This document shows positions 17,673-26,901 of a stretch of 64,000 nucleotides of DNA, one piece after another (positions within the stretch are counted from its first letter, which is position 1; the number at the start of each line of letters is the position of its first letter). Below the pieces are notes generated by a model. It searched no databases, was not told the origin of the DNA, and worked only from the letters and a program-made list of their open reading frames with translations. The DNA comes from an uncultured Eubacteriales bacterium (GTDB lineage: Bacteria; Bacillota; Clostridia; Christensenellales; Aristaeellaceae), in NCBI GenBank assembly GCA_902761755.1, contig CACWLP010000002.1, positions 26,935 through 90,934 on the forward strand, in the 5' to 3' direction. The position numbers and the translations under genes were made by a program.

Positions 17673-18590
17673 TTACGCGGCGGGTTCTTCCGCCGCTTCT
17701 CCGTTCACGAAATCAAACAGGGCCCAGGCCGCCTCCAGCAGCCGGGGGCCGGGACGGGTGATGGCGTTGGAATCGGCGTTGAAGATGCCGTCGTTCATTA
17801 CGGCGTCCAGGCGTCCCCAGCCGTCGCGGCTCAGGATCTCTTCCACGGGGGTGGGGCCTTCGCCGAAGTACATGGCGGTGGTGACGATGTAATCGGGATT
17901 GCGCGCCAGCACGGTTTCTTCCGATACCTCCACCCAGCCGTCCATATCCTCAAAGAGGTTGGTCAGGCCGCAGAGCCCGGCGATTTCATCCATGAAGGTG
18001 CCCTTGCCGGCGGCCCACAGGCCCCACTGCAGGGGAGAAACCTCGAAATAGACGGTCTTGCCGGTATCCTGGGATCTTTCCGCGATTTCGGCGAAGCCCG
18101 CCTGCATATCGGCCACGATGGCTTCCGCCTCCGCGTCCTTGCCCGTGAGGGCGCCGATCATGCGGATGGCGGTGTACACGCCCTCGATGTTCTGGGCGTC
18201 GCTGACCACCACGCGGATGCCGGCTTGCTCCAGGGCCTCCACCTGCTCCACGGACTGGGCCATAGTGCCCATCAGCACCACCTGGGGCTGCAGGGCGATG
18301 ATCTGCTCCAGATTGGTTTCGTAGCCGGACTGCACCGAGGGCTTGTCCAGCACGGAGGCCGGGTAATCGCAGTATTCGCCGCGGCCCACCAGGACGTCCT
18401 CGCAGCCCAGGGCGCAGAGGATCTCGCAGTCCGCGGCGGTGAGGGCCACGATCCGCGTGACGGGCGCGTCCAGGGTGATCTCGCGGCCCATCATGTCCGT
18501 CACGGCGACGGCGGGGCCTTCCGCCAGGACGGGGACGGCGCAGCATACCATCAGCGCCGCCAGGAACAGGGAACAGAGTTTCTTGGACAT
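17673..18590 (-). CDS. ABC transporter periplasmic-binding-protein-type substrate binder (BtuF-like)
   Basis: Signal peptide MSKKLCSLFLAALMVCCAVPVLA. TRIVALTAADCEILCALG and PDYIVTT are class III binding-protein motifs. The ATG at 18590 is 9 nt from GGAGG; alternatives at 18596 and 18608. Confidence 0.75.
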   Translation of the reverse strand: MSKKLCSLFLAALMVCCAVPVLAEGPAVAVTDMMGREITLDAPVTRIVALTAADCEILCALGCEDVLVGRGEYCDYPASVLDKPSVQSGYETNLEQIIALQPQVVLMGTMAQSVEQVEALEQAGIRVVVSDAQNIEGVYTAIRMIGALTGKDAEAEAIVADMQAGFAEIAERSQDTGKTVYFEVSPLQWGLWAAGKGTFMDEIAGLCGLTNLFEDMDGWVEVSEETVLARNPDYIVTTAMYFGEGPTPVEEILSRDGWGRLDAVMNDGIFNADSNAITRPGPRLLEAAWALFDFVNGEAAEEPAA

Positions 18591-18655
18591 AGGCATGTCC
18601 CTCCTCAAATGATGATCAAATGAATCAGCGGGAGGGGCCTTTTTACGAAGCGACG

Positions 18656-18900
18656 AAAAAGGCGTTCCTCCCTGAGGAACGCCAACCAGGCCTGCGGCGT
18701 CGTCACAAGCCCGATAGCATATCCCACCCCCAGGGGATCGATGGTTTCACGGTGTAAACAAGTCTCCCGGCTTGGCCTCATCCTACTTGCGCACCTTCCC
18801 GCTTTCGCAGTGGCTTCTTTGGCCTTGCGGCCCGCGCGTTCGTCCGCTTCACGGTTACTGGGATAGCCCGGAACTCTCATCCGGTTCCTATGGCGCGCTT
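18656..18900 (-). promoter_or_regulatory. Cobalamin (B12) riboswitch with terminator expression platform
   Basis: On the minus strand: AGGAACCGGATGAGAGTTCCGGGC, GCCACTG (18808-18814), GGGAAGGTGCGC, and B12 box AAGCCGGGAGAC (about 18761-18777). These are followed by GGCGTTCCTCagggaGGAACGCC + TTTTTCG (18656-18683). Confidence 0.8.
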
Positions 18901-18960
18901 CTTCATAAAGCGCGCCGCGCATCGCTGCGCAGATACACCGGCTATTCATTTGTCAGGTTT

Positions 18961-18989
18961 ATTATATATGCCGCCCGGAGAATCGTCAA
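18961..18989 (-). promoter_or_regulatory. Sigma-A-type promoter of the riboswitch/btu-like operon
   Basis: Minus strand: TTGACG (18989-18984), 17-nt spacer, TATAAT (18966-18961). Confidence 0.65.
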
Positions 18990-19000
18990 ATGGTTTTCCG

Positions 19001-19048
19001 AAAAAACAAACGGCCCCGCGCCGAAGGAGGAGGAAGGCGCAGGGCCGG
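19001..19048 (-). terminator. Rho-independent terminator of the TrpB2-like gene
   Basis: Minus strand: CGGCCCTGCGCC ttcctcctccttc GGCGCGGGGCCG, followed by TTTGTTTTTT. Confidence 0.75.
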
Positions 19049-19065
19049 GAAAAGGGATTCTTGTG

Positions 19066-20442
19066 TCAGTCTACTTTGGGCAGGCGGGCGCGGAACTGGG
19101 CCAGCTCTTCGTCCGTGGGCACGTAATCGTCCATCTGGCCCTCGTGGAATTTCTGGTAGGCCACCAGATCGAAATACCCCGTGCCGGTGAGGCCGAATAC
19201 GATGGTCTTTTCCTCGCCGGTCTCCTTGCACTTGAGGGCTTCGTCGATGGCGACGCGGATGGCGTGGCTGCTTTCCGGCGCGGGCAGGATGCCCTCCACC
19301 CGGGCGAACTCCTCCGCCGCCTCGAACACGCTGGTCTGGGGCACGGATACGGCCTCCATGTAGCCGTCGTGGTACAGCTGGCTGAGGATGGGGCTCATGC
19401 CGTGGTAGCGCAGGCCGCCGGCGTGGTTGGGGGCGGGGATGAAATCGCTGCCCAGGGTGTACATCTTCGCCAGGGGGCACACCATGCCGGTATCGCAGAA
19501 ATCATAGGCGTACACGCCCCGGGTGAAGCTGGGGCAGGAGGCGGGCTCCACGGCGATGATGCGGTAATCCTTTTCGCCCCGCAGCTTTTCGCCCATGAAC
19601 GGGGCGATGAGGCCGCCCAGGTTGCTGCCGCCGCCGGCGCAGCCGATGATGATGTCCGGCACGATGCCGTACTTGTCCAGGGCCGCCTTGGTTTCCTGGC
19701 CGATGACGCTCTGGTGCAGCAGCACCTGATTGAGCACGCTGCCCAGCACGTAGCGGTAGCCGGGGTTGCCCACGGCCACCTCCACGGCCTCGGAAATGGC
19801 GCAGCCCAGGGAGCCGGTGGTGCCGGGATGCTCCGCAAGGATCTTCTGCCCCACCTGGGTGGTCATGGAGGGGGAGGGGGTCACGTCCGCGCCGTAGACC
19901 CGCATCACTTCCCGGCGGAAGGGCTTCTGTTCGTAGCTGACCTTCACCATGAACACCTTGCAGTCCAGCCCCAGGTACGCGCAGGCCATCGACAGCGCGG
20001 TGCCCCACTGGCCGGCGCCGGTTTCGGTGGTGACGCCCTTGAGGCCCTGCTTCTTGGCGTAATAGGCCTGGGCGATGGCGGAATTGAGCTTATGGCTGCC
20101 GGAGGTGTTGTTGCCCTCGAACTTGTAGTAGATCTTCGCCGGGGTGTTCAGCTTCTTTTCCAGGCAGTAGGCCCGCACCAGGGGAGAGGGGCGGTACATC
20201 TTGTAGAAATCCCGGATCTCCTGGGGGATGGGGACGAAGCGGGTGTCGTTGTCCAGTTCCTGTTCCACCAGGTCCGCGCAGAACACGCCGCCCAGCTCCT
20301 CCGCCGTCATGGGCGCAAGGGTGCCGGGGTTCAGCAGGGGCGCGGGCTTCACTTTCATGTCCGCCCGCACGTTGTACCAGGACTTCGGCATCTCGTTTTC
20401 TTCCAGATAAATCTTGTAGGGGATGGCTTTGCTGTTTTCCAT
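19066..20442 (-). CDS. TrpB2-type (long, stand-alone) tryptophan synthase beta-like PLP enzyme
   Basis: MENSKAIPYKIYL... is 458 aa. FEGNNTSGSHKLNSA (PLP lysine context), GCAGGGSNLGG, and the N-terminal extension characteristic of TrpB2. No trpA or other trp genes are adjacent. Confidence 0.8.
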   Translation of the reverse strand: MENSKAIPYKIYLEENEMPKSWYNVRADMKVKPAPLLNPGTLAPMTAEELGGVFCADLVEQELDNDTRFVPIPQEIRDFYKMYRPSPLVRAYCLEKKLNTPAKIYYKFEGNNTSGSHKLNSAIAQAYYAKKQGLKGVTTETGAGQWGTALSMACAYLGLDCKVFMVKVSYEQKPFRREVMRVYGADVTPSPSMTTQVGQKILAEHPGTTGSLGCAISEAVEVAVGNPGYRYVLGSVLNQVLLHQSVIGQETKAALDKYGIVPDIIIGCAGGGSNLGGLIAPFMGEKLRGEKDYRIIAVEPASCPSFTRGVYAYDFCDTGMVCPLAKMYTLGSDFIPAPNHAGGLRYHGMSPILSQLYHDGYMEAVSVPQTSVFEAAEEFARVEGILPAPESSHAIRVAIDEALKCKETGEEKTIVFGLTGTGYFDLVAYQKFHEGQMDDYVPTDEELAQFRARLPKVD

Positions 20443-20469
20443 GTTTCTTCGGCTCCCTTCTTTTTTCGG

Positions 20470-20785
20470 ATGCTGTGATCCGTTTTTTGGTCCGGGACAG
20501 AAAAACGATCCTGTCCCAGTGATTTTGCTGGGACAGGATCGATGCAAATCGTTTCCTGCGGTGCCACCCGGCTTGGCGCGTTATCCGCGCCCGCTTAGCG
20601 CATGCTGCCACATGCCGGCCTTTGATGACGGAGGGCCATCTCCGTCTCGCATACTCGGGGGCCTTCGCCCCGTTTCCGCTCGCCCTCGGAAGTCCATTCC
20701 CCGGCGCCGTTTCCACCGCGTTTCCATCCTCGGCGGCTCTCTTGAGAAAACCATCGGCGGGTACTTGCTCTTCTTCAACGGTTTA
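20470..20785 (-). promoter_or_regulatory. T-box leader, tryptophan (UGG) specifier, with terminator/antiterminator
   Basis: Minus strand: stem I GTTGAAGAAGAGCAAGTA, AG bulge CAAGAGAG, distal loop CGGTGGAAAC. Specifier context GAA-TGG-A (TGG at 20696-20694). T-box AAGCCGGGTGGCACCGCAG (about 20558-20575). Terminator GATCCTGTCCCAGcaaaatcaCTGGGACAGGATC + GTTTTTC. Confidence 0.8.
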
Positions 20786-20789
20786 CCGC

Positions 20790-20819
20790 ATTGTAGCACG
20801 GAGCGGAAACGAATGTCAA
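20790..20819 (-). promoter_or_regulatory. Sigma-A-type promoter of the T-box leader
   Basis: Minus strand: TTGACA (20819-20814), 18-nt spacer, TACAAT (20795-20790). Confidence 0.65.
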
Positions 20820-20976
20820 TACCGTGGATTGTATTCCTGCTGTTTTTTGGATCGGCGCGCCGGCCGGCGCGGGAGGGGCGCTTGCCCGCCGTGATAAAAT
20901 ATACGGCGGCGGCTAACTTTTTCCGGCCGTCCCGCGTTTTATCAGTGAGATTGCAATCCCAACCGGAGGAGGAACC

Positions 20977-21450
20977 ATGGACGATCAGACCTATGCGGCG
21001 GCTGCGGAGGCAGCCATGCCGGGGATGTTCCGGATGGCGTACAGCATCCTGGAAAACCGGCACGACGCCGAGGATGCCGTGCAGCAGGCGCTGCTCAATG
21101 CCTGGCAGCACCGGGAAAAAGCCCGGCCGGGGGCGGAGAGGGCGTGGATGATGCGCATCGTGATCAACGCCAGCTACGACCTGTGCCGGAAGCGCCGCCG
21201 CGCCGTGCCCGTGGCGGAGGTGCCGGAGGAAAGGACTTCTTCCGGCGACGGGGAATACGCGGCGCTGCTGGATATGATCCGGCGCCTGCCGCAGACCCTG
21301 CGCACGCCCTTCCTGCTTAAATACATGGAAGGCATGACGGAAAAAGAGGTCGGCGCGGCGCTGCGCATCCCGCTGACCAGCGTAAAGAACCGGCTGTACC
21401 GGGCGCGGACAGCCTTGCAGAAGGAATGGGGAAGGGAGGCGTCGCTATGA
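20977..21450 (+). CDS. ECF-type RNA polymerase sigma-70 family factor
   Basis: Region 2, AEDAVQQALLNAWQH...RAWMMRIVINASYDLCRKR, and region 4, LPQTLRTPFLLKYMEGMTEKEVGAALRIPLTSVKNRLYRAR. GGAGGAGG Shine-Dalgarno. Confidence 0.85.
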   Translation: MDDQTYAAAAEAAMPGMFRMAYSILENRHDAEDAVQQALLNAWQHREKARPGAERAWMMRIVINASYDLCRKRRRAVPVAEVPEERTSSGDGEYAALLDMIRRLPQTLRTPFLLKYMEGMTEKEVGAALRIPLTSVKNRLYRARTALQKEWGREASL

Positions 21451-22610
21451 AGCAGTTCGATCCGGAGAAACTCAAACGGGCGTACCCCGGAATGACGGAG
21501 GAATTCTCCGCCCGGATGGACGCGCTGATCCGTTCGCTTCCCTCCCGGAAGGAGGAACCAAAAATGAAAAAGAAAATGTCTCTGGCGCTGGCTTTTGCGC
21601 TGGCGCTTATGCTGCTCCTGACCGCCACCGCCGTGGCCGCGGGGCTGGGGGCGTTCGGCCAACTGGCCACCGCCCACGATCCGGACCGGCGGCTGGAGGA
21701 CCTGGACGCCGTGGCGGCTCCGGTGCAGGCAAAGGTGACCGCCGCCGACGGCGTGGCCGTCACGGTGGAACAGGCGTATTACGATGGGGAAAGGGTGTTC
21801 ATTTCCTATCGGATCACGGGCGGCCTGACCCGGGTGGAAACGGGCCGCGGGGCGCTGGAGGGCGTGAATTGGTTCGATCCCGGGGATTACGGGATCGCCC
21901 TGGATCCGGACAGCCCCGCCGCCTCCCTCGTGGAAACGCTGCAAACCGGCGAAACGGGGGACTGGGTCCGCGTGACCCAGACGGCGGTGCACGACGGCCT
22001 GCGCCTTTCGGACGGCGCGTATCTGGACATCATCGGCGGAGAGGAGCGGCTGCTGCCCGACGGCACGGTGATCGGCTGGAAAGAATGCGAGGTGCCGCAG
22101 GAACTGGCGGGGGATACGCTGGCGTGCAAGGCCGTGGCGTTCCGCGTCACGACCACCTACCAGAAAACGGACGGAGGCCTGCGGGCTGCCTATGAGCGCG
22201 TTCCGGAGGAAACGGACGTGCCCTTCACCGTCCGGAAGGAAACGGATGTGACCCGGCTGGCGGGCGCCTCCGCCGTGGACGGATTGTATACCGCCCGGGC
22301 GGAATGTACCCTGAACCGGGTGGATCTGAAGGCCACCGTGACGCTGCAATGCCCGGAAAGCTGGGTGCGGGCCTGGATGGATTGGGAATATCAGCGGGAT
22401 TTTGACCTGATCGAAAGCTGGGCGCTGTACAGCGGGGAGGAGCGCATCGGCGATGAAGGCAACGACCGGGGCGTCAGCGGCGAAGGCGGCGTGCTGACCT
22501 ATGAAACCATTCTCCGCCACGGCGGAAAAACGGAAAACCTGCGGCTGGTGCCGGTGTACGCCGACGGCGGCGAGCACCCGGAGGAGGCCATCCCGCTGCA
22601 GGCGCAGTAA
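21447..22610 (+). CDS. Putative anti-sigma factor (single-pass membrane protein, DUF4179-like extracytoplasmic domain)
   Basis: The ATG overlaps the sigma stop (ATGA). Short cytoplasmic segment, TM helix MSLALAFALALMLLLTATAVAA, then a large extracellular domain. Position and topology are typical of cognate anti-sigma factors. Confidence 0.6.
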   Translation: MKQFDPEKLKRAYPGMTEEFSARMDALIRSLPSRKEEPKMKKKMSLALAFALALMLLLTATAVAAGLGAFGQLATAHDPDRRLEDLDAVAAPVQAKVTAADGVAVTVEQAYYDGERVFISYRITGGLTRVETGRGALEGVNWFDPGDYGIALDPDSPAASLVETLQTGETGDWVRVTQTAVHDGLRLSDGAYLDIIGGEERLLPDGTVIGWKECEVPQELAGDTLACKAVAFRVTTTYQKTDGGLRAAYERVPEETDVPFTVRKETDVTRLAGASAVDGLYTARAECTLNRVDLKATVTLQCPESWVRAWMDWEYQRDFDLIESWALYSGEERIGDEGNDRGVSGEGGVLTYETILRHGGKTENLRLVPVYADGGEHPEEAIPLQAQ

Positions 22611-22621
22611 ACAGACGGAAC

Positions 22622-22675
22622 AAAAAAGGGGGCGTTCTTTCCCGAAATGGGGGAGAACGCCTCCGTTTGTTTTCC
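22622..22675. terminator. Bidirectional terminator between convergent operons
   Basis: GGGGGCGTTCT (22628-22638) pairs with AGAACGCCTCC (22654-22664), flanked by an A-run upstream and GTTTGTTTTCC downstream. Confidence 0.7.
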
Positions 22676-22682
22676 GGTGCGC

Positions 22683-23438
22683 TTACAGCTGCCTTTCCAG
22701 CACCCGCCGCAGGAATTCCTGGGTGCGGGGCTGCCGGGGATTGGTGAACAGCTCGGCGGGCGGGCCCTGCTCCAGGATCACGCCGTCGCACATGTACACC
22801 ACCCGGGTGCTCACGTCCCGGGCGAAGGACATTTCGTGGGTGACCACCAGCATGGTCATGCCGCTTTCGGCCAGGTTTTTCATAACGGCGAGCACCTCGC
22901 CCACCATTTCGGGGTCCAGGGCGCTGGTGGGCTCGTCGAAGAGCAGCACCTCCGGATCCATGGCCATGGCGCGGGCGATGGCCACGCGCTGCTTCTGGCC
23001 GCCGGAGATCTGCCGGGGCTTGGCGTTCACGTAGGGGGCCATGCCCACCTTTTCCAGGTATTCCATGGCGTGGGCCTTGGCGTCCGGGCGGCTGCGCCCC
23101 AGCACGCGGATCTGGCCCACCATGCAGTTCTGCAAAACCGTCATATTGCTGAACAGGTTGAAGGACTGGAACACCATCCCCACCCGGGCGCGGTAGCGCG
23201 AGGCGCTGACGCCCCGGCCCAGCATGTTGACCCCGTGGAAGAGGATCTCGCCGGAATTGGGGGTCTCCAGCAGGTTGATGCAGCGCAGAAGCGTGGATTT
23301 CCCCGAGCCGGAAGCGCCGATGATGCTGATCACGTCCCCCTTGTCCACGATGAAATCGATGTCCTTGAGCACCACGTTGGAGCCGAAGGCCTTGGAGAGA
23401 TGATTGATTTGAAGGATATGCTTCTCCACGCCGCTCAC
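22683..23438 (-). CDS. Polar amino-acid ABC transporter ATP-binding protein (GlnQ/HisP-like)
   Basis: [44 protein letters not shown]. Confidence 0.9.
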   Translation of the reverse strand: MSGVEKHILQINHLSKAFGSNVVLKDIDFIVDKGDVISIIGASGSGKSTLLRCINLLETPNSGEILFHGVNMLGRGVSASRYRARVGMVFQSFNLFSNMTVLQNCMVGQIRVLGRSRPDAKAHAMEYLEKVGMAPYVNAKPRQISGGQKQRVAIARAMAMDPEVLLFDEPTSALDPEMVGEVLAVMKNLAESGMTMLVVTHEMSFARDVSTRVVYMCDGVILEQGPPAELFTNPRQPRTQEFLRRVLERQL

Positions 23439-24268
23439 CGCCCTTTCCGCCGCGGCATTTCCCCGTCAAAGGGCGTGCTGCGGCCGGGATGATTGTAGGT
23501 GCCCGCCGTCAGGGTCAGCGCGTCTTCCTGCACCAGTTCGTAGCTGCTGGAGCCGTCCAGCCGCCTTTCCAGCCAGCGCAGCAGGAAGGATGCGATCAGC
23601 GTCATGGTGAGATACCCCGCCATTTCCACCGTGGCGGAGGGAAAATACAGTAAGCTGGCGCCCACGGCGGCACGGTGGGCGGCGAAGAAATCCGGGAAGC
23701 CGATGATGAACATGACGGAGGTATCCTTCACGTTGATGATGAAGTTGTTGCCGATCTGGGGCATGATGTTGCGCAGCGCCTGGGGCAGGATCACGCTGGT
23801 CATGGTCTGGAAATGGTTCATGCCGATGGCCTTGGCGCCCTCGCCTTGCCCCGGGTCCACGGAAATGATGCCGCCGCGCACGGATTCGGCCATGTACGCG
23901 CCCGTATTGATGGAGACCACCACGATGGCCGCCGCCCATATGGAAGCGAATTTCAGCGTGTTATTGGTAAAATACGGCAGGCCGTAATAGAAAAAAACGG
24001 CTTGCAGCACCATGGGCGTACCGCGGAACACCTCCACGTACACCCGGATGATCACGCGGATCAGCCGCAGGAAAATGCGTTTGACGGGGTGCGTGGACGG
24101 GCCGAAGGGAATGGTGTTGAGCACGCCGCACACAAAGCCGATCAGGCAGCCCAGCAGCGTGCCCACCAGCGCCAGCACCAGCGTGTTCCCGACGCCGCTC
24201 AGGTACGAATTGCCGTACTTGCCCCATAGCTTGACGATATCCGCGCCAAGCTGCGTAAACTTATTCAT
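23435..24268 (-). CDS. Polar amino-acid ABC transporter permease (HisM/GlnP-like)
   Basis: EAA-type motif [26 protein letters not shown]...[14 protein letters not shown]. Its stop overlaps the ATPase start by 4 nt. Confidence 0.85.
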   Translation of the reverse strand: MNKFTQLGADIVKLWGKYGNSYLSGVGNTLVLALVGTLLGCLIGFVCGVLNTIPFGPSTHPVKRIFLRLIRVIIRVYVEVFRGTPMVLQAVFFYYGLPYFTNNTLKFASIWAAAIVVVSINTGAYMAESVRGGIISVDPGQGEGAKAIGMNHFQTMTSVILPQALRNIMPQIGNNFIINVKDTSVMFIIGFPDFFAAHRAAVGASLLYFPSATVEMAGYLTMTLIASFLLRWLERRLDGSSSYELVQEDALTLTAGTYNHPGRSTPFDGEMPRRKGR

Positions 24269-24297
24269 CAGGATGGCTCCTTTTCAATCATGAATGG

Positions 24298-24335
24298 CTG
24301 AGCGCCGGGAGAAGGCTGCTTCTCCCAGCGCTCAG
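24298..24335 (-). other. Strong intercistronic stem-loop between the binding-protein and permease genes
   Basis: CTGAGCGC-GGGAGAAG cagc CTTCTCCC-GCGCTCAG (16 bp with one bulge). No T tract follows on the coding strand. Confidence 0.6.
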
Positions 24336-24355
24336 GAAACCGCCGTTTATTCAGA

Positions 24356-25207
24356 TCATTCGGACAGGGGCTGGATCTCGATGGCGTAGGCCATCAGGGC
24401 GTTGAAATCGTCCGCCGTCATGGTGGAGAGCACGCTGTCCACGGCTTCCTTCAGCACGGTGTTGCCCTTCATCATGGAAACGCCGATGTTCACGTTCTCG
24501 GCGCGCTCCTGCTCGGTGAACTGGAAGTCGCCGTCGGTGCCGGAGAAGTCCAGGATCTTCAGATCGGGATAAGCGGCCACGGCGCCCTGGGCGGTGGGCA
24601 TATCGGTGCAGACGAAATCCACCATGCCGGTCTCCAGCGCCATGAGCATGGCGGGGGCAGTCTCGGCGGCGGGCACCATGTTGGCGCCGGTGATCTGGGG
24701 CAGGCAGGTATCGTACCAGATGGTGGCGATCTGGGCGGTGCAGCTGCCGCCGGCCAGATCGGCAAGGCCCTTCGCGCCGGCGTAGGGGCCGTCAGCCTTG
24801 GTGAGGCACACGATGGTGGCGTAGAAATAGGGGCCGGCGAAATCCACCTGCTCGGCGCGTTCGGCGGTCATGGACTGGCCGGCGATGATGGCGTCGAAGG
24901 TGCCGGTCTGCACGCCGGGCACCAGGGAATCCCAGTCGGACTGGATCACTTCCAGCTGCCAGCCGTTGGCCTCGCAGATCTTCTTGGCGATCATCACATC
25001 GTAGCCGTTGGCGTAGGAGCCGGGCACGTTGGAAATGGGCACGGCGCCGTTGCTGTCGTCGCTCTGGGTCCAGTTATACGGGGCGTAGGCACATTCCATG
25101 GCGATGGTCAGCACGCCGTCCTCCACGCCGCTGGGCACGTCGGCCAGGGCGGTGCAGACGGACAGGGACAGCATCAGGGCGATGAGCAGGGCAAGCATTT
25201 TCTTCAT
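24356..25207 (-). CDS. Polar amino-acid ABC transporter substrate-binding protein
   Basis: Signal peptide MKKMLALLIALMLSLSVCTALA. Family-3 binding-protein motifs GYDVMIAKKICE and FDAIIAGQSMTAERAEQVDF. AGGAGG Shine-Dalgarno. Confidence 0.8.
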   Translation of the reverse strand: MKKMLALLIALMLSLSVCTALADVPSGVEDGVLTIAMECAYAPYNWTQSDDSNGAVPISNVPGSYANGYDVMIAKKICEANGWQLEVIQSDWDSLVPGVQTGTFDAIIAGQSMTAERAEQVDFAGPYFYATIVCLTKADGPYAGAKGLADLAGGSCTAQIATIWYDTCLPQITGANMVPAAETAPAMLMALETGMVDFVCTDMPTAQGAVAAYPDLKILDFSGTDGDFQFTEQERAENVNIGVSMMKGNTVLKEAVDSVLSTMTADDFNALMAYAIEIQPLSE

Positions 25208-25230
25208 TTTTTCGTCCTCCTTTTTTCGGG

Positions 25231-25480
25231 AAACATAAAACAGCGGTGAATCGGCCTGCGCCGTTCACCGCCAGCATCGCTTCCGTATAGGGTGGGCTGA
25301 TCGTGAATAGCGCTCCATGGCCTGGAACCATGACAGTCAAGCGGATATTCTCCCCTTGCCCAACGCAGGCGCCCTGCCGCGGCAAATGCGTTTCGGCGGC
25401 GTCCCCTTTCGCCTGCGTTCGCAGCCCCGGCCGGGCTCCCGCACGCTACTTTTGTCAGCCGCGCCTCTATTCCGTCCGGA
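25231..25480 (-). promoter_or_regulatory. Lysine riboswitch (L-box) with intrinsic terminator
   Basis: Minus strand: AGAGGCGCGG..AAAGTAGC..GGGAGCC..GCGAAAGGGGACGCCGCCGAAAC..TTGACTGTCATGG..CCATGGAGCGCTATTCA matches L-box core motifs. Terminator GCGGTGAAcggcgcaggccgaTTCACCGC + TGTTTTATGTTT. Confidence 0.8.
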
Positions 25481-25501
25481 TCAGATCCGGACGCTATGCC
25501 C

Positions 25502-25530
25502 AATATACCCCATCTTCCCGGCAGTGTCAA
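25502..25530 (-). promoter_or_regulatory. Sigma-A-type promoter of the lysine-riboswitch operon
   Basis: Minus strand: TTGACA (25530-25525), 17-nt spacer, TATATT (25507-25502). Confidence 0.6.
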
Positions 25531-25615
25531 CACGGCCGGAGGGGGGATTCTGTTCTTACGCTGTATTTATGCGCTTCGGGAGGCGGCTTTTTTCCCGGCG
25601 GGGGCGGCCTCCCTC

Positions 25616-25644
25616 TTGCGTTTCGGCGGCCCGGCTGGTATCAT
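25616..25644 (+). promoter_or_regulatory. Candidate promoter of the DUF1015/rlmD unit
   Basis: TTGCGT, 17-nt spacer, TATCAT with a TG at the extended -10 position. Confidence 0.35.
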
Positions 25645-25662
25645 GGACGGGAGGTGATCGTG

Positions 25663-26898
25663 ATGGATGAATTCAAGGGGCTGAGCGTGCGGCCGGGGGA
25701 ATTTTATCTGCCCCGGGCAGACGTGAGCCTGGAAAGCTGGGCCGTGGTGGCCTGCGATCAGTATACCGCCCAGAAGGACAAATGGGAGCAGATGGACCGT
25801 TTCGCCGGGAGCAATCCCTCCGCCCTGCGCCTGATCATCCCGGAAGCGTACCTGGAGGAAAGCGACGCGAGGGTACCCGCAGTGCAGTCCGCCATGGCGG
25901 AATACCTGGATACCGGCGTGCTGGAAAAGGCGGCGCAGGGCATGGTGCTCCTGGAGCGCACCACCCAGAGCGGCTCCCGGCTGGGGCTGGTATTGACAGT
26001 GGACCTGGAGGATTATGATTTCGCGCCGGACAGCGCTTCTCCCGTCCGGCCCACGGAGGGCACCATCGTATCCCGCATCCCGCCCAGGCAGAAGGTGCGC
26101 CGGGGCGCCGCGCTGGAGCTTTCCCACGTGCTGCTGCTGTGCGACGATCCGGAAAGATCGGTGATCGAGCCTGTGTACGCCCGGCGGGATTCCCTGCGCC
26201 TCCTGTATGACGTATCGCTGATGCTGGGGGGCGGGCGCGCCCGGGGCTGGGCCGTGGAGGACCGGGAGACCCTGGAGCAGATCGCCGGGGCCATCCGGAC
26301 GCTGCGGGACAAGCTGCCCGAAAACGGCATCCTCTTCGCCGTGGGGGATGGCAACCATTCCCTGGCTACGGCGAAGGCCCATTGGGAGGAAATCAAAAAA
26401 ACGCTGCCCGAAAGCGAACGGGAGGGCCATCCCGCCCGGTTCGCCATGGTGGAGCTGAATAACATTTACGATCCCGCCCTGATCTTCGAGCCCATCCACC
26501 GGGTGCTTTTCGGCGTCACGGGGGACGAAGCGCTGGAGATGCTGGCGGAGGCGGAGCCGGTCAGCGATGCGGACCGGCCGGATCTTACGCTGGTGACCCG
26601 GCGGGGGGATCTTCCGCTGCGCATCACGAAGGCCCTGCACGATCTGCCGGTGGGCACGGTGCAGAAGCTTCTGGACCGGCAGGCGGGGCTGCGGCTGGAT
26701 TACGTCCACGGGGAGGACGCGGTGCGCTTGATCGTGGAAAAGGAAAACGCGGTGGGGATCCTGCTGCCCGCCATGGACAAGGCGCTCCTGTTCCCGGCGG
26801 TGGCCAACAACGGCCCCCTGCCCCGGAAGACCTTCTCCATGGGCGAGGCCAACGAAAAGCGCTATTATCTGGAAGCGCGGAAGATCGTCAGGGATTGA
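25663..26898 (+). CDS. DUF1015-family protein (conserved, function unknown)
   Basis: The ATG is 7 nt after GGGAGGTG. WAVVACDQYTAQ, PTEGTIVSRIPPR, AVGDGNHSLATAKAHWE and FEPIHRVLF are the conserved DUF1015 blocks as I recall them. Confidence 0.7.
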   Translation: MDEFKGLSVRPGEFYLPRADVSLESWAVVACDQYTAQKDKWEQMDRFAGSNPSALRLIIPEAYLEESDARVPAVQSAMAEYLDTGVLEKAAQGMVLLERTTQSGSRLGLVLTVDLEDYDFAPDSASPVRPTEGTIVSRIPPRQKVRRGAALELSHVLLLCDDPERSVIEPVYARRDSLRLLYDVSLMLGGGRARGWAVEDRETLEQIAGAIRTLRDKLPENGILFAVGDGNHSLATAKAHWEEIKKTLPESEREGHPARFAMVELNNIYDPALIFEPIHRVLFGVTGDEALEMLAEAEPVSDADRPDLTLVTRRGDLPLRITKALHDLPVGTVQKLLDRQAGLRLDYVHGEDAVRLIVEKENAVGILLPAMDKALLFPAVANNGPLPRKTFSMGEANEKRYYLEARKIVRD

Positions 26899-26901
26899 AG
26901 C

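Noticed and set aside
20846-20861. A perfect 16-nt palindrome, CGCGCCGGCCGGCGCG, lies upstream of the T-box promoter.
   Set aside because: No T tract follows it on either coding strand and no repeated partner site is present. In GC-rich DNA, a palindrome built from self-complementary CCGG and GCGC blocks carries little weight. It is noted but has no supportable function.
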